48,728 nucleotides of DNA, taken from NCBI GenBank assembly GCA_036009485.1, contig DASYLQ010000316.1:1-48728 (forward strand). The letters run 5' to 3'. Positions 1 through 10,772 of the stretch are shown piece after piece. The notes under the pieces are model-generated. The model saw nothing but the letters and a program-made list of their open reading frames with translations, searched no databases and was not told the origin of the DNA. How positions within the stretch are numbered: the first letter of the stretch is position 1; the number at the start of each line of letters is the position of its first letter. The position numbers were made by a program, and so were the translations under genes. This stretch comes from Janthinobacterium sp. (GTDB lineage Bacteria > Pseudomonadota > Gammaproteobacteria > Burkholderiales > Burkholderiaceae_D).

Positions 1-641
1 TCGGTTTCGCCGGCCTGGTCGGCGCCGGCCGCAGCGAATCCTTCGAAGCCTTGCTCGGCCTGCGCCCGCGCAGCGCCGGCAAGGTCAGGCTGAACGGCGC
101 CGCCGTCGACTTGCGCAACCCGCGCCAGGCGATGCGCCACGGCTTGACCTACCTGAGCGAAGACCGCAAGGGCAAGGGGCTGCATGTCGACCTCGGCCTG
201 CGCGAAAACCTGACCATGCTGGCGGTCGAACGCTATGCCCGCCCGTGGCTGGACCTGGGCGCGGAAAAGCGCGCGATGGCCGACGCCGCGCAGCGCTTCA
301 GCATCCGCACCGGCGACCTGGAGGGCAAAGCGCGCATGCTTTCCGGCGGCAACCAGCAAAAGCTGGCGCTGGCCAAGTTCCTGCATCCCGATCCCCGCGT
401 GATCGTGTTGGACGAGCCCAGCCGCGGCGTCGACGTCGGCGCCAAGCGCGATATCTATTTTCTGATACACAAGCTGGCGGCGCAGGGGCGGGCGGTGATC
501 GTCATTTCATCCGAGTTGATCGAATTGATCGGCCTGTGCCACCGCGTCGCGGTGATGCGCGCCGGCGTCCTGCAGGCCACCCTGGACAGTGAACACCTGA
601 GCGAAGAGGAGTTGATCGCGCATGCAACCGGTACACACTAA
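1..641 (+). CDS. Sugar ABC transporter ATP-binding protein (RbsA/MglA type), 5'-truncated by the window edge
   Basis: Frame is open from position 3 ([12 protein letters not shown]...). Second NBD has LSEDRK, signature LSGGNQQK, Walker [16 protein letters not shown] and ISSE. Stop TAA at 639-641. Confidence 0.93.
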   Translation, partial: GFAGLVGAGRSESFEALLGLRPRSAGKVRLNGAAVDLRNPRQAMRHGLTYLSEDRKGKGLHVDLGLRENLTMLAVERYARPWLDLGAEKRAMADAAQRFSIRTGDLEGKARMLSGGNQQKLALAKFLHPDPRVIVLDEPSRGVDVGAKRDIYFLIHKLAAQGRAVIVISSELIELIGLCHRVAVMRAGVLQATLDSEHLSEEELIAHATGTH

Positions 642-1617
642 AGCTATCGCCTTCTTCAGCCGCCTGAGAGGCATAGGCCCCTGGCTCGGCCTGCTGGCCC
701 TGTGCCTGGCCGGCACCCTGCTGAACTCCGATTTCGCCACCGTCGACAACATGATGAACGTGCTGACGCGCACGGCCTTCATCGGCATCATCGCCGTCGG
801 CATGAGCTTCGTGATCATTTCCGGCGGCATCGACCTCTCGGTCGGCTCGATGGCGGCGCTGATCGCCGGCAGCATGATCTACCTGATGAACCGCCTGCTG
901 GCCGGCGCCGCCGGCTTCGCGCCCGGGCCGCTGGCCATCGTCGCGCTGGGCATGGCGCTGGCCCTGCTGCTCGGCTTGGCCTTCGGCTTGCTGCATGGGC
1001 TGCTGATCACCAAGGGCAAGATCGAACCCTTCATCGTCACCCTCGGCACCCTGGGCATCTTCCGCGCCGTGCTGACCTACCTGGCCGACGGCGGCGCGCT
1101 GACGCTGGACAACCAGCTGTCCGACCTGTACGGCCCGGTGTACTACACCAGCGTGCTGGGCGTGCCGGTGCCGGTCTGGATCTTCCTGTTCGTCGCGGCG
1201 GCCGGCGCCCTGGTCTTGAACCGCACCGCCTTCGGCCGCCACGTCCAGGCGATCGGCTCGAACGAACAGGTGGCGCGCTACGCGGCGATCCGCGTCGACC
1301 TGGTGAAAGTGGCGACGTACATGCTGCTGGGCGCCTGCGTCGGCATCGCCACCATGCTGTACGTGCCGCGCCTGGGTTCGGCGTCGCCTTCCACCGGCCT
1401 GCTGTGGGAGCTGGAGGCGATCGCCGCGGTGGTGGTCGGCGGCACCGCGCTGAAGGGCGGCGAAGGGCGCATCGCCGGCACCGTCGCCGGCGCCATCCTG
1501 CTGTCGGTGATCAGCAATATCCTGAACCTGACCAGCATCATCAGCGTCCACCTGAACGCCGCGGTGCAGGGGCTGGTCATCATCGCCGTGGCTTTCCTGC
1601 AGCGCGGACGGAGATAA
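622..1617 (+). CDS. Sugar ABC transporter permease (RbsC/BPD_transp_2 family)
   Basis: Hydrophobic throughout. Motifs [48 protein letters not shown]. Confidence 0.93.
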   Translation: MQPVHTKAIAFFSRLRGIGPWLGLLALCLAGTLLNSDFATVDNMMNVLTRTAFIGIIAVGMSFVIISGGIDLSVGSMAALIAGSMIYLMNRLLAGAAGFAPGPLAIVALGMALALLLGLAFGLLHGLLITKGKIEPFIVTLGTLGIFRAVLTYLADGGALTLDNQLSDLYGPVYYTSVLGVPVPVWIFLFVAAAGALVLNRTAFGRHVQAIGSNEQVARYAAIRVDLVKVATYMLLGACVGIATMLYVPRLGSASPSTGLLWELEAIAAVVVGGTALKGGEGRIAGTVAGAILLSVISNILNLTSIISVHLNAAVQGLVIIAVAFLQRGRR

Positions 1618-1682
1618 GGGAAACAAGACGACTTTTAAAAAGGACGCCGCATGAAGGCGTCCATCACTTGGAGGAGCACAAT

Positions 1683-2636
1683 ATGAAACGCATCATGCAT
1701 ATCCTGGGCGCCGGGCTGCTGGCCCTGCACGTGCTGGCCGCGCAAGCCGCCGACAAAGTGGTCCTGGGCGTGGCGATTCCGACCGCGACCCACAGCTTCA
1801 CCTCCGGCATCGTGTGGTGGGCCAACCAGGCCAGGACCGAGCTGGAAAAAGCCCATCCCGAATTGAAAATCATCGTCAAGACGGCCGCCACGGCGTCCGA
1901 GCAAGCCAACCAGTTGCAGGACCTGCTGACCGTGAACAAGATCAATGCGCTGGTGATCTTCCCGCTCGAGTCGGCCTCTCTGACCCAGCCGGTGGCGCAA
2001 GTCAAAAACAAGGGCGTCTACGTGACCGTGGTCGACCGCGGCCTGAGCACCACGGCGGCGCAGGACGCCTATATCGCCGGCGACAATACCGCCTTCGGCA
2101 AGCTGCCGGCCGAGTACATCGCCAAACAGCTGGGCGGCAAGGGCAATGTGGTGGTCTTGCGCGGCATTGCCACCACGCTCGACAACGAACGCTATGCCGC
2201 CTTCACGACGGTGATGAAAGCCCATCCCGACATCAAGATCCTCGACGCCAGGTACGGCAACTGGAACCGCGACGACGCCTTCAAGGTGATGCAGGATTAC
2301 CTGACCCGCTTCAAGCAGATCGACGCCGTCTGGGCCGCCGACGACGACATGGCGATCGGCGTGAAAAAAGCCATCGACCAGGCCAAACGCACGGATATCC
2401 GCCTGGTATTCGGCGGCGCCGGCGCCAAGGGCGCGGTGAAGACCATCATGGACGGCTCCGACAAGCTGGTCACGGCCGACGTCTCGTACTCGCCGAAGTT
2501 CATCTACGACGCGATCAAGATGACGGCGCAAGCGCGCCTGAAAGGCGAAAAACTGCCGGCGAACACCATCATTCCCTCCGTGCTGATCACCAGGGAAAAC
2601 GCCAAACAATTCTATTTCCCGGATTCGCCATTCTAG
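1683..2636 (+). CDS. Sugar ABC transporter periplasmic substrate-binding protein (RbsB-like)
   Basis: ATG at 1683 after GGAGGAG SD. Signal peptide [22 protein letters not shown], then [16 protein letters not shown] motifs. The ORF-track start at 702 is an over-extension. Confidence 0.92.
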   Translation: MKRIMHILGAGLLALHVLAAQAADKVVLGVAIPTATHSFTSGIVWWANQARTELEKAHPELKIIVKTAATASEQANQLQDLLTVNKINALVIFPLESASLTQPVAQVKNKGVYVTVVDRGLSTTAAQDAYIAGDNTAFGKLPAEYIAKQLGGKGNVVVLRGIATTLDNERYAAFTTVMKAHPDIKILDARYGNWNRDDAFKVMQDYLTRFKQIDAVWAADDDMAIGVKKAIDQAKRTDIRLVFGGAGAKGAVKTIMDGSDKLVTADVSYSPKFIYDAIKMTAQARLKGEKLPANTIIPSVLITRENAKQFYFPDSPF

Positions 2637-2674
2637 GGAGCCGGCCGGCCGCCATTTTCCGACAAGGAGACGCC

Positions 2675-3733
2675 ATGAAAACCATACGCGGACCCGCCAT
2701 CTTCCTGGCCCAGTTCATCGGCGAACAGGCGCCGTTCGACACGCTGGAACACCTGGCGCAATGGGCGGCCGGGCTCGGTTACAAGGGGGTCCAGCTGCCC
2801 GCCGATGCGCGCCTGTTCGACCTGGCGCGCGCGGCCGGCAGCCAGGCGTATTGCGACGATATCGGCGCGATGCTGGCGCGGCATGGCCTGGAAATCACGG
2901 AATTGTCCAGCCACCTGCAAGGCCAGCTGGTGGCCGTCCATCCCGCCTACGACGCCTTGTTCGACGCCTTCGCCGCGCCGCAGGTGCGCGGCGATCCGGC
3001 CGCGCGCACCGCCTGGGCCGCCGGGCAGCTGACGCTGGCGGCCCAGGCGTCGCAACGCCTCGGCCTGAGCGCCCACGTGACCTTTTCCGGCGCGCTGGCC
3101 TGGCCCTATCTGTATCCGTGGCCGCAGCGCCCGCCCGGGCTGGTGGAAACCGCCTTCGCCGAACTGGGGCGGCGCTGGCTGCCCATCCTCGACGCCTTCG
3201 ACGCCGCCGGCGTCGACCTGTGCTACGAACTGCACCCGGGCGAGGACTTGCACGACGGCGTCAGCTTCGAGCGCTTCCTCGACGCCGTCGGGCAGCATGC
3301 GCGCGCATCCATCTTGTACGATCCCAGCCACTTCATGCTGCAGCAGCTCGACTACCTCGCCTTCATCGACATCTACCATGCGCGCATCAAGGCTTTCCAC
3401 GTCAAGGATGCCGAGTTCCGGCCGAACGGCAGGCAGGGCGTGTATGGCGGCTTTTCCAGTTGGCAAGACCGGGCCGGGCGCTTCCGCTCGCCGGGCGACG
3501 GCCAGATCGATTTCGGCGCCATTTTTTCCAGGATGGCGCAGTACGACTTCCCCGGCTGGGCCGTGCTGGAATGGGAATGCTGCCTCAAGCATCCCGAGGA
3601 TGGCGCGGCCGAGGGCGCGGATTTCATCCGCCGGCATATCATCCGCGTGGCCGAACGCGCCTTCGACGATTTCGCCGGGGCCGCGCTGCGACAGGAACAG
3701 ATCGATCAATTGCTCGGCCTCGGCCGGGCCTGA
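2675..3733 (+). CDS. Sugar phosphate isomerase/epimerase family (xylose-isomerase-like TIM barrel)
   Basis: ATG at 2675 after AAGGAGA. N-terminus MKTIRGPAIFLAQF. Metal-ligand tetrad candidates YELHP, YDPSH, FHVKD, VLEWE. Confidence 0.88.
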   Translation: MKTIRGPAIFLAQFIGEQAPFDTLEHLAQWAAGLGYKGVQLPADARLFDLARAAGSQAYCDDIGAMLARHGLEITELSSHLQGQLVAVHPAYDALFDAFAAPQVRGDPAARTAWAAGQLTLAAQASQRLGLSAHVTFSGALAWPYLYPWPQRPPGLVETAFAELGRRWLPILDAFDAAGVDLCYELHPGEDLHDGVSFERFLDAVGQHARASILYDPSHFMLQQLDYLAFIDIYHARIKAFHVKDAEFRPNGRQGVYGGFSSWQDRAGRFRSPGDGQIDFGAIFSRMAQYDFPGWAVLEWECCLKHPEDGAAEGADFIRRHIIRVAERAFDDFAGAALRQEQIDQLLGLGRA

Positions 3734-3750
3734 CACTTCATGGAGATGCT

Positions 3751-4899
3751 ATGCAAAGACGTTTAAGACTCGGCATGGTGGGCGGCGGGCAGGGCGCCTT
3801 CATCGGTTCGGTGCACCGCATCGCCGCGCGGCTGGACGACCACTATGAGCTGGTGGCCGGGGCCCTGTCCAGCGATCCGGCGCGCGCCGCCGCCAGCGCC
3901 AGCGACCTGCGCCTCGACCCGCAGCGCAGCTACAGCGATTACCGCGACATGGCGCGGCGCGAGGCGGCCCGTCCCGACGGCATCGACGCGGTGGCCATCG
4001 CCACGCCGAATTACCTGCATGCGCCGGTCGCCAGCGCCTTCCTGGAAGCGGGCATCCACGTCATCTGCGACAAGCCGCTGGCGATTTCCCTGGCTGAAGG
4101 GCGGGCGCTGGCGGCGCTGGCGCGGCAAAAAAACCGCGTCTTCGCGCTGACCCACACCTACACCGGCTACCCGATGGTGCGCCACGCCAGGGCGCTGGTG
4201 GAAGCCGGCGAACTGGGCGAGTTGCGCCTGGTGCAGGTCGAATATTCGCAGGATTGGCTGGCCGCATCCATCGGCCGCGGCGACACCGGGGCCGAGCATG
4301 ACTGGCACAACGATCCGCTGCGTTCCGGCCCGGGCGGGACCCTGGCCGACGTCGGCACCCACGCCTACCAGCTGGCGCAATACATCAGCGGCCAGACGCC
4401 GGCGCAGTTGCTGGCCGAGCTGCATACCTTTGTGCCGGGCCGGCCGATCGACGACCATGTCCAGGTGATGCTGCGCTACGCCAACGGCGCGCGCGGCACG
4501 CTGTGGGCCAGCCAGGTCGCCACCGGCTGCGAAAACGCGCTGCGCCTGCGCCTGTACGGCAGCAAGGCGCAGCTCGCGTTCAACCAGGAAAATCCGAATG
4601 AACTATGGCTGACGCCGCAGGGCGGCAATGCGCGGCGCCTGACGCCGGGCCGCGCCGCCAGCGCCGCGGCGGCCCACGCGACGCGCGTGCCGGCCGGCCA
4701 TCCGGAAGGCTATCTGGAAGCGTTCGCGCAACTGTATGCCGATGCGGCGCTGCAGATCCGCGCCGTCGAAGCGGGCTTGCCGATTCCCGCGGCGGCGCGC
4801 TGGCTGACCACGGTCGACGATGGCGTGGCGGGCATGGCGTTTATCGAGGCGGCCATCCGCAGCCATCAAAGCGATGCATCCTGGGTGGCCCTGGCGTAA
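3751..4899 (+). CDS. Gfo/Idh/MocA family NAD(P)-dependent oxidoreductase
   Basis: ATG at 3751 after GGAG. Rossmann LGMVGGG, ATPNYLH, HVICDKP and DVGTH motifs. Confidence 0.92.
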   Translation: MQRRLRLGMVGGGQGAFIGSVHRIAARLDDHYELVAGALSSDPARAAASASDLRLDPQRSYSDYRDMARREAARPDGIDAVAIATPNYLHAPVASAFLEAGIHVICDKPLAISLAEGRALAALARQKNRVFALTHTYTGYPMVRHARALVEAGELGELRLVQVEYSQDWLAASIGRGDTGAEHDWHNDPLRSGPGGTLADVGTHAYQLAQYISGQTPAQLLAELHTFVPGRPIDDHVQVMLRYANGARGTLWASQVATGCENALRLRLYGSKAQLAFNQENPNELWLTPQGGNARRLTPGRAASAAAAHATRVPAGHPEGYLEAFAQLYADAALQIRAVEAGLPIPAAARWLTTVDDGVAGMAFIEAAIRSHQSDASWVALA

Positions 4900-4917
4900 A
4901 AAAGCGCGCCTCAGTAA

Positions 4918-5856
4918 TCAATAACGATACCCGAACTCCGCCTCAAAACGGTCGCCGATCTGCGCCGTGGTAAAGACGTGGTTTTGCGGTCCCTGGTGGG
5001 CGATCTTCAGCGCGCCCATCAGACTGGCCAGGCGGCCGGTGGTTTCCCAGCCCAGTTCATTGGTGATGCCGAACAGCAGGCCGGCCCGGTAGGCGTCGCC
5101 GCAGCCGGTCGGATCCAGCACCGCGTCCGCCTTCACCGCCGGGATGTCGATGCGCTTGCCTTCGGTATAAATCTCCGAACCCTGCTCGCCGCGGGTGACG
5201 ATCAGCGCCGTGACGCGGGCGGCGATGTCCGGCAAGGTCAGGCCGGTGCGGTCCATCAGCAATTCGATTTCATAATCGTTGGCGGTGACGTAGGTGGCCT
5301 TTTCGATGAAATCGATCAACTGCGCGCCGTTAAACATCGGCAGTTGCTGGCCCGGGTCGAACATCAGCGGAATACCTTGCGCATGGCAATCCCCGGCGTG
5401 TTTCAGCATGCCTTCGTGGCCGTCCGGCGAAACGATGGCGATGCCGACCGGGCCGGCGTCGGCGACGCTGTTCTCGTGCGAGAAGGACATCGCGCCCGGG
5501 TGGAAGGCATTGATCTGGTTATTGTCGGCGTCCGCCGTGACGAAGCACTGGGCGGTGTAACTGGCCGGCTTGATCAGGATGTTCCTGGTCGAGATGCCGA
5601 GCTTCTGGAAGCGTTCCAGGTAGGGCGCATTATCCTGGCCCATCACGCCCATGATCAGCGGGTCGCCGCCGAGCATTTTCAGGTTGTAGGCGATATTGCC
5701 GGAGCAGCCGCCGAATTCGGTGCGCAAGGTCGGCACCAGGAAGGATACGTTCACCTTGTGCAACTGGTCGGCCAGCAAGGTGTCGCTGAAGCGGCCTTCG
5801 AATTTCATGATTTTGTCAAAGGCGAGCGAGCCGCAGATCAGGGAGGTTTTGGTCAT
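4918..5856 (-). CDS. PfkB family carbohydrate kinase, nucleoside/adenosine kinase-like
   Basis: GSLAFD, FGGCSGNIAY, FDPGQ, NDYE and anion hole DPTGCGDAYRAG. Resembles bacterial adenosine/nucleoside kinases. Confidence 0.88.
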   Translation of the reverse strand: MTKTSLICGSLAFDKIMKFEGRFSDTLLADQLHKVNVSFLVPTLRTEFGGCSGNIAYNLKMLGGDPLIMGVMGQDNAPYLERFQKLGISTRNILIKPASYTAQCFVTADADNNQINAFHPGAMSFSHENSVADAGPVGIAIVSPDGHEGMLKHAGDCHAQGIPLMFDPGQQLPMFNGAQLIDFIEKATYVTANDYEIELLMDRTGLTLPDIAARVTALIVTRGEQGSEIYTEGKRIDIPAVKADAVLDPTGCGDAYRAGLLFGITNELGWETTGRLASLMGALKIAHQGPQNHVFTTAQIGDRFEAEFGYRY

Positions 5857-5864
5857 GGGTGGGC

Positions 5865-7238
5865 CTATGGGTAAAAGATCGCAATATGGTAGCCGGAGGC
5901 TTTCAACTGGGCTAATTCGAAATACAGTTTAACGGCTTGTTCGGAATGCGGCGCAAAACCTTTGGCCAGGTCGACCGTCGGCGCCAGGTAGTCGCGCGGC
6001 ACCAGGACCCGGCGCAGCACCGGTTTGTCGGCGGCGTCGCTGAGCGTCAGTTCGATGCTGGGCCAGGCTTGCGCGCTGGCGCTCTGGTTGTGCAGGATGC
6101 TGGCGTAGGAAAAGGTATTGTCGGCCAGCGTCTGCAATTCGCCCTGTTCGATGGACAGGGCGTCGATCTGCGCCGGCACTTCGACGCGGCAACCGAAGAC
6201 GGAGCAGGCCGACACCAGCGCCGGTTTCAGCGCCGGGACATTCGCCGCCAGCTGGTTGCGGAAGGTCGTCATGCCCTGGGCCAGCAGGGCGATCAGCAAG
6301 AGGAAGGAAGCGGCGCCCATGCCGATGCGCACCGCCCTGCCCATGCGCTGGCGCCGCCGGCCTTGTTTGACGAAGCCCGGTTCGTCGGCATCGCTGGCAT
6401 CGCCGGCGCCGTCCGCGCTGTCGGGCTCCGCTTCGCCAGCGTCGTCCTGTTGGCCCTGTTGCAGCGCTTCTGCCGCCGCCTCGTCCGGCTCGGATGCGGC
6501 GCTGGTTTCCTGCGCCGCCGGCATGGGCGATTCCTGCCTGGCGTCGGCAAGCCCGGCGTCTTCCTCGGCCTCGGGCAAGTCTTCGTGGCCGGGCAGAGCG
6601 ACGGCGACGATGTGCTCGTCGGCTTGCTCGTCCAGACCGGCGAAGTCGAAGTCCAGGTCGAAGCTGGGCTCGCGTCTGTCCTCATGCTGTGCCGGGTTGC
6701 CGGCGTGGGCGGACGGCGGCTCGGGTTCGAGTTCGGGTTCGAGTTCAGGCTCAGGCTTGCATTCAAGCTCGGGCGCAGGCTCAGGCTCAGCGGCGTGGGC
6801 GGGCGCTTCGTTTGCCGGGGCCGGCGTGGGCGCCGCGGCTTCAGGCTCGGCAGGGATATCCAGGTCGAGTTCGAAATCGATGACCGGGGCAGGGGCCGCT
6901 GCCTCGGCTTCAGCCTCGGCCTCGGCCTTGGCCTTGGCCTCCTCGGCCGGCGCTATCGGTTCAGGCGCCGCTTTCGGCGGCGCCGGCTTGGGCAAGAGGC
7001 CGAAGGGATCGAGGGAGGTATCGAAATCGAGGCTGTAGACCGGTTCCGCCGGCGCCGTGGAAACGGCGGCAGCCGGATGGGCCGGCCTGGCCGGCGCGGC
7101 CGGATCGACCAGGGCGGCGTTGCCGTCGAAGACTTCCTTGCAGGAGCCGCAACGCACTATGCCCCCACGCAACTTCAACTGGTCAGCGGCGACCCGAAAG
7201 GTGGTGTTGCAATGGGGGCATTTGGTGGCGAGGGCCAT
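5865..7238 (-). CDS. DUF3426 domain protein with N-terminal MJ0042-type zinc ribbon
   Basis: Likely start MALATKCPHC at 7238. CPHC...CGSC zinc ribbon, long acidic Pro/Ala/Glu linker, one TM helix, C-terminal DUF3426-like domain ending FYP. Typical position after prmA. Confidence 0.85.
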   Translation of the reverse strand: MALATKCPHCNTTFRVAADQLKLRGGIVRCGSCKEVFDGNAALVDPAAPARPAHPAAAVSTAPAEPVYSLDFDTSLDPFGLLPKPAPPKAAPEPIAPAEEAKAKAEAEAEAEAAAPAPVIDFELDLDIPAEPEAAAPTPAPANEAPAHAAEPEPAPELECKPEPELEPELEPEPPSAHAGNPAQHEDRREPSFDLDFDFAGLDEQADEHIVAVALPGHEDLPEAEEDAGLADARQESPMPAAQETSAASEPDEAAAEALQQGQQDDAGEAEPDSADGAGDASDADEPGFVKQGRRRQRMGRAVRIGMGAASFLLLIALLAQGMTTFRNQLAANVPALKPALVSACSVFGCRVEVPAQIDALSIEQGELQTLADNTFSYASILHNQSASAQAWPSIELTLSDAADKPVLRRVLVPRDYLAPTVDLAKGFAPHSEQAVKLYFELAQLKASGYHIAIFYP

Positions 7239-7246
7239 CGCAGTGG

Positions 7247-8191
7247 TTAAAGACCTTCGCCGCGCGCGGCGGGAACGTCGCCGGCGCCCAGGCGGCCATG
7301 CAAGGCCACCCAGCCGTCCTGCTCGGCCCACACGCCCAGCTTGATGAAAGGCGCATACGCCGCCGCCACTTCTTCGGCCTGGCGCGCCAGCACGCCGGAC
7401 AGGATCAGGGCGCCGCCGTCGGCGACGCGGCCGGACAGCATGGGTGCCATCAGTTTCAGCGGGCTGGACAGGATGTTCGCGACGACGATGTCGAAACGCT
7501 CTGTTGCGTGGGCCGACTGGGCGAAGCTATCCGGCAGAAAATAGTCGATCCGGCACTGGTTGCGCGCCGCATTGTCGCGCGCCGATTCGATCGCCTGCGG
7601 GTCGATGTCGACGCCGCACACTTCGCCGGCGCCCAGTTTCTTGGCGACCATCGCCAGGATGCCGGAACCGCAGCCATAGTCGAGCACGGTCTTGCCCGGC
7701 GCCGGATGCGCTTCCAGCCATTCCATGCACAGGCGCGTGGTGGGATGGCTGCCGGTGCCGAAGGCCAGGCCGGGATCCAGTTCCAGGATCAGGCCGTCCG
7801 GATCCGGGGCTTCGTGCCAGCTCGGCACGACCCAGATATTCTTGCCGATGTGGATAGGCGCGAACTGGGATTGCGTCAGGCGCACCCAATCCTGCTCGGC
7901 CACCGGGCGCAACGTGAAGAGCGGCGCCGCTTTCAGGCCGATCGCTTCGGCGGCCTCGGCCACGATGGCGGCCTGGTCGGCGTCGACATCGGTCAGCGCG
8001 ACCACGCGGCTGCGGTCCCAGGCGGCTTCGTCCGGTTCCATGCCCGGCTCGCCGAACAGCGGCTTTTCGGCGGCCGTGCCTTCGTCGGCGTCTTCCACCG
8101 ACACTGACAGGGCGCCCGCTTCCATCAGCGCGTCGGACAGGGCCTCGGCGTTGTCGCGGGCGATCTCGATGACGATTTCAGTCCAGCTCAT
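7247..8191 (-). CDS. prmA: 50S ribosomal protein L11 methyltransferase
   Basis: [35 protein letters not shown] motifs. Confidence 0.97.
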   Translation of the reverse strand: MSWTEIVIEIARDNAEALSDALMEAGALSVSVEDADEGTAAEKPLFGEPGMEPDEAAWDRSRVVALTDVDADQAAIVAEAAEAIGLKAAPLFTLRPVAEQDWVRLTQSQFAPIHIGKNIWVVPSWHEAPDPDGLILELDPGLAFGTGSHPTTRLCMEWLEAHPAPGKTVLDYGCGSGILAMVAKKLGAGEVCGVDIDPQAIESARDNAARNQCRIDYFLPDSFAQSAHATERFDIVVANILSSPLKLMAPMLSGRVADGGALILSGVLARQAEEVAAAYAPFIKLGVWAEQDGWVALHGRLGAGDVPAARGEGL

Positions 8192-9591
8192 GCTTCTACC
8201 TTGACCGGCGGCGTGCTGGCGGCCGGCACCAGGCCCTTGGCCAGATCCGGCATATCGGCCAGTTTTTGCTCCAGATAGTGGATGTTGGTGCCGCCTTCGA
8301 TGAAACGGGCGTCGATCATCAATTCGCGGTGCAGCGGGATATTCGTCGAAATGCCTTCGACCACCATTTCCGACAGCGCGATCTGCATGCGCCGGATCGC
8401 CTGTTCGCGCGTGGCGCCATAGGCGATGACCTTGCCTATCATCGAATCATAATGCGGCGGCACATAATAACCGGCGTAGGCGTGCGAATCGACGCGGATG
8501 CCGGGACCGCCCGGCGCGTGCCAGGAAACGATGCGGCCCGGCGACGGGGTAAACTTGAACGGGTCTTCGGCATTGATGCGGCACTCGACGGCGTGGCCGG
8601 AGAGCATCACGTCGCGTTGGCGGAAACGCAGCTTTTCGCCGCAGGCGATGCGGATCTGCTCTTGCACGATATCGATGCCGGTGATCATTTCGGTGACGGG
8701 ATGCTCGACTTGCACGCGCGTATTCATTTCAATGAAATAAAACTCGCCGTTTTCATACAGGAATTCGAAAGTGCCGGCGCCGCGGTAGCCGATCTTGCGG
8801 CAGGCTTCGGCGCAGCGGTCGCCGATCTTTTCGATCAGCTTGCGCGGAATGCCGGGCGCCGGCGCTTCCTCGATAACTTTCTGGTGGCGCCGCTGCATCG
8901 AGCAATCGCGCTCGCCCAGCCAGACGGCGTTCTTGTATTCGTCGGCGAGGATCTGGATTTCCACGTGGCGCGGATTTTCCAGGTACTTTTCCATATACAC
9001 TTCGGGATTGCCGAAGGCCGTGCCGGCCTCGGTCTTGGTCATGGCGACCGCGTTAATCAGCGCCGCCTCGGTATGCACGACGCGCATGCCGCGCCCGCCG
9101 CCGCCGCCGGCCGCCTTGATGATGACCGGATAGCCGATTTTGCGCGCAATTTGCACAATGGCCTTGGGATCGTCGGGCAGGGCGCCTTCGGAACCGGGCA
9201 CGCAAGGCACGCCGGCCTTGATCATCGTTTGCTTGGCTGAAACTTTATCGCCCATCAGGCGGATCGATTCCGAACGGGGGCCGATGAAGACGAAACCGGA
9301 TTTTTCGACGCGTTCGGCGAAGTCGGCGTTTTCCGACAGGAAGCCATAACCCGGGTGGATCGCTTCGGCATCCGTCACTTCCGCCGCGCTGATAATGGCC
9401 GGCATGTGCAGATAACTGAGGCTGGAAGGCGCCGGTCCGATGCAGACCGATTCGTCGGCCAGCTTGACGTATTTGGCGTCCTTGTCCGCTTCGGAGTGGA
9501 CCACCACCGTCTTGATGCCCATTTCGCGGCAGGCGCGCTGGATGCGGAGGGCGATTTCACCACGGTTGGCAATAAGGATTTTTTCAAACAT
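8188..9591 (-). CDS. accC: Acetyl-CoA carboxylase biotin carboxylase subunit
   Basis: Start [14 protein letters not shown] at 9591. [44 protein letters not shown]. Confidence 0.98.
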   Translation of the reverse strand: MFEKILIANRGEIALRIQRACREMGIKTVVVHSEADKDAKYVKLADESVCIGPAPSSLSYLHMPAIISAAEVTDAEAIHPGYGFLSENADFAERVEKSGFVFIGPRSESIRLMGDKVSAKQTMIKAGVPCVPGSEGALPDDPKAIVQIARKIGYPVIIKAAGGGGGRGMRVVHTEAALINAVAMTKTEAGTAFGNPEVYMEKYLENPRHVEIQILADEYKNAVWLGERDCSMQRRHQKVIEEAPAPGIPRKLIEKIGDRCAEACRKIGYRGAGTFEFLYENGEFYFIEMNTRVQVEHPVTEMITGIDIVQEQIRIACGEKLRFRQRDVMLSGHAVECRINAEDPFKFTPSPGRIVSWHAPGGPGIRVDSHAYAGYYVPPHYDSMIGKVIAYGATREQAIRRMQIALSEMVVEGISTNIPLHRELMIDARFIEGGTNIHYLEQKLADMPDLAKGLVPAASTPPVKVEA

Positions 9592-9697
9592 GGTAGGTTC
9601 GCGTGTTTCTAAGAGAGCCGGCGGGCCGGCAAGACAACTGGAGAGCAACAGGCGCCAGGGTGCGGCGGGCCGGGCACAGGCCTGCCGCGCTACCGGT

Positions 9698-10162
9698 TTA
9701 GCCTATTACAAACAAAGGTTGGCCGAATTCGACCGGTTGGCCATTCTCGACCAGGATCTGGGTGACGACGCCGGCTTTGTCGGAGTCGATTTCATTCAAG
9801 AGCTTCATCGCTTCGATGATGCAGAGGGTGTCGCCTTCCTTGACGCTGGAACCGACGTCGACGAAGGCCGGGGTGCCTGGGGCGGAAGAGCGGTAGAAGG
9901 TGCCGACCATCGGCGACTTGACGATATAGCCGGTCGGCTCGGCGGCCACGACCGGCGCGGCGGCAGCGGCTGACGCGGCGACAGGTGCGGCGGATGGCTG
10001 GTATTGCTGCATGCCCTGGGGCTGCATCATGACGACCTGGTTTTGCGGCATGGCCGAAGACTTGACGATGCGAACCTTGCTTTCGCCTTCGGTCACCTCG
10101 AGTTCGGCGATATCCGATTCTGCGACCAAGTCAATCAACGTCTTGAGTTTTCGTAGATCCAT
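9698..10162 (-). CDS. accB: Acetyl-CoA carboxylase biotin carboxyl carrier protein
   Basis: [12 protein letters not shown] start, SPMVGTFY, biotinylation motif EAMKL. Confidence 0.98.
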   Translation of the reverse strand: MDLRKLKTLIDLVAESDIAELEVTEGESKVRIVKSSAMPQNQVVMMQPQGMQQYQPSAAPVAASAAAAAPVVAAEPTGYIVKSPMVGTFYRSSAPGTPAFVDVGSSVKEGDTLCIIEAMKLLNEIDSDKAGVVTQILVENGQPVEFGQPLFVIG

Positions 10163-10250
10163 GTGGAACCCCCGGGTATGTATTGTTATTGAGTGATGCG
10201 GCTATGTCTGGATAAAACATTCCGCGCTATTTGCGTGCAGATCGCGTAGA

Positions 10251-10688
10251 TTAACGTGTTTTAAGCGCAAAGTCGATGGCAAAGCGATATCCATCGATGC
10301 CCAGGCCGCAGATCGTGCCCAAGGCGATCGCACTCAGAAAGGAATGGTGGCGAAACGCTTCGCGGCGGTGAATATTTGAAATATGCACCTCGACAAAGGG
10401 AATGGCCACGCCGGCCAAGGCGTCGCGCAAGGCGACGCTGGTATGCGTCAGCCCGCCCGGATTGATGACGATGCCATCCACCCCTTCTGTCCTGGCGGCA
10501 TGGATGCGATCGATCAGCGCTCCTTCATGGTTGCTCTGGAAGCAAGCCAGCACCGCGCCGGCCGCTGCGGCTTGCGCCACCGCGGCTTGTTCGATGTCGG
10601 CCAGGGTACTGGCGCCGTAGACCTCTGGTTCGCGCGTTCCCAGCAAATTCAAGTTGGGACCATTGAGCAGAAGGAGGTTTTTTGCCAT
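10251..10688 (-). CDS. aroQ: Type II 3-dehydroquinate dehydratase
   Basis: [35 protein letters not shown]. Likely ATG at 10688. Confidence 0.97.
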   Translation of the reverse strand: MAKNLLLLNGPNLNLLGTREPEVYGASTLADIEQAAVAQAAAAGAVLACFQSNHEGALIDRIHAARTEGVDGIVINPGGLTHTSVALRDALAGVAIPFVEVHISNIHRREAFRHHSFLSAIALGTICGLGIDGYRFAIDFALKTR

Positions 10689-10772
10689 ATGATAAAGACC
10701 ATTTTCCGCGAAAGTCCCGCATTTTGCCGCCAAAGTAGGCCATTGGCAAGTGAAAAAAACTTGCTCAAATAT

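Noticed and set aside
1642-1662. Hairpin GGACGCC/GGCGTCC between permease and SBP genes
   Set aside because: Short stem with no U-tract. At most an ordinary mRNA-stabilising element.
702-3750. Apparent long N-terminal extensions in ORFs 702..2636, 1814..3733 and 2761..4899
   Set aside because: The extensions are Arg/Gly/Pro-rich off-frame reads of the upstream genes. Real starts with SD sequences are at 1683, 2675 and 3751.
9662-9688. GC stem-loop between accB and accC
   Set aside because: Imperfect, no U-tract, and expected by chance at this GC content.
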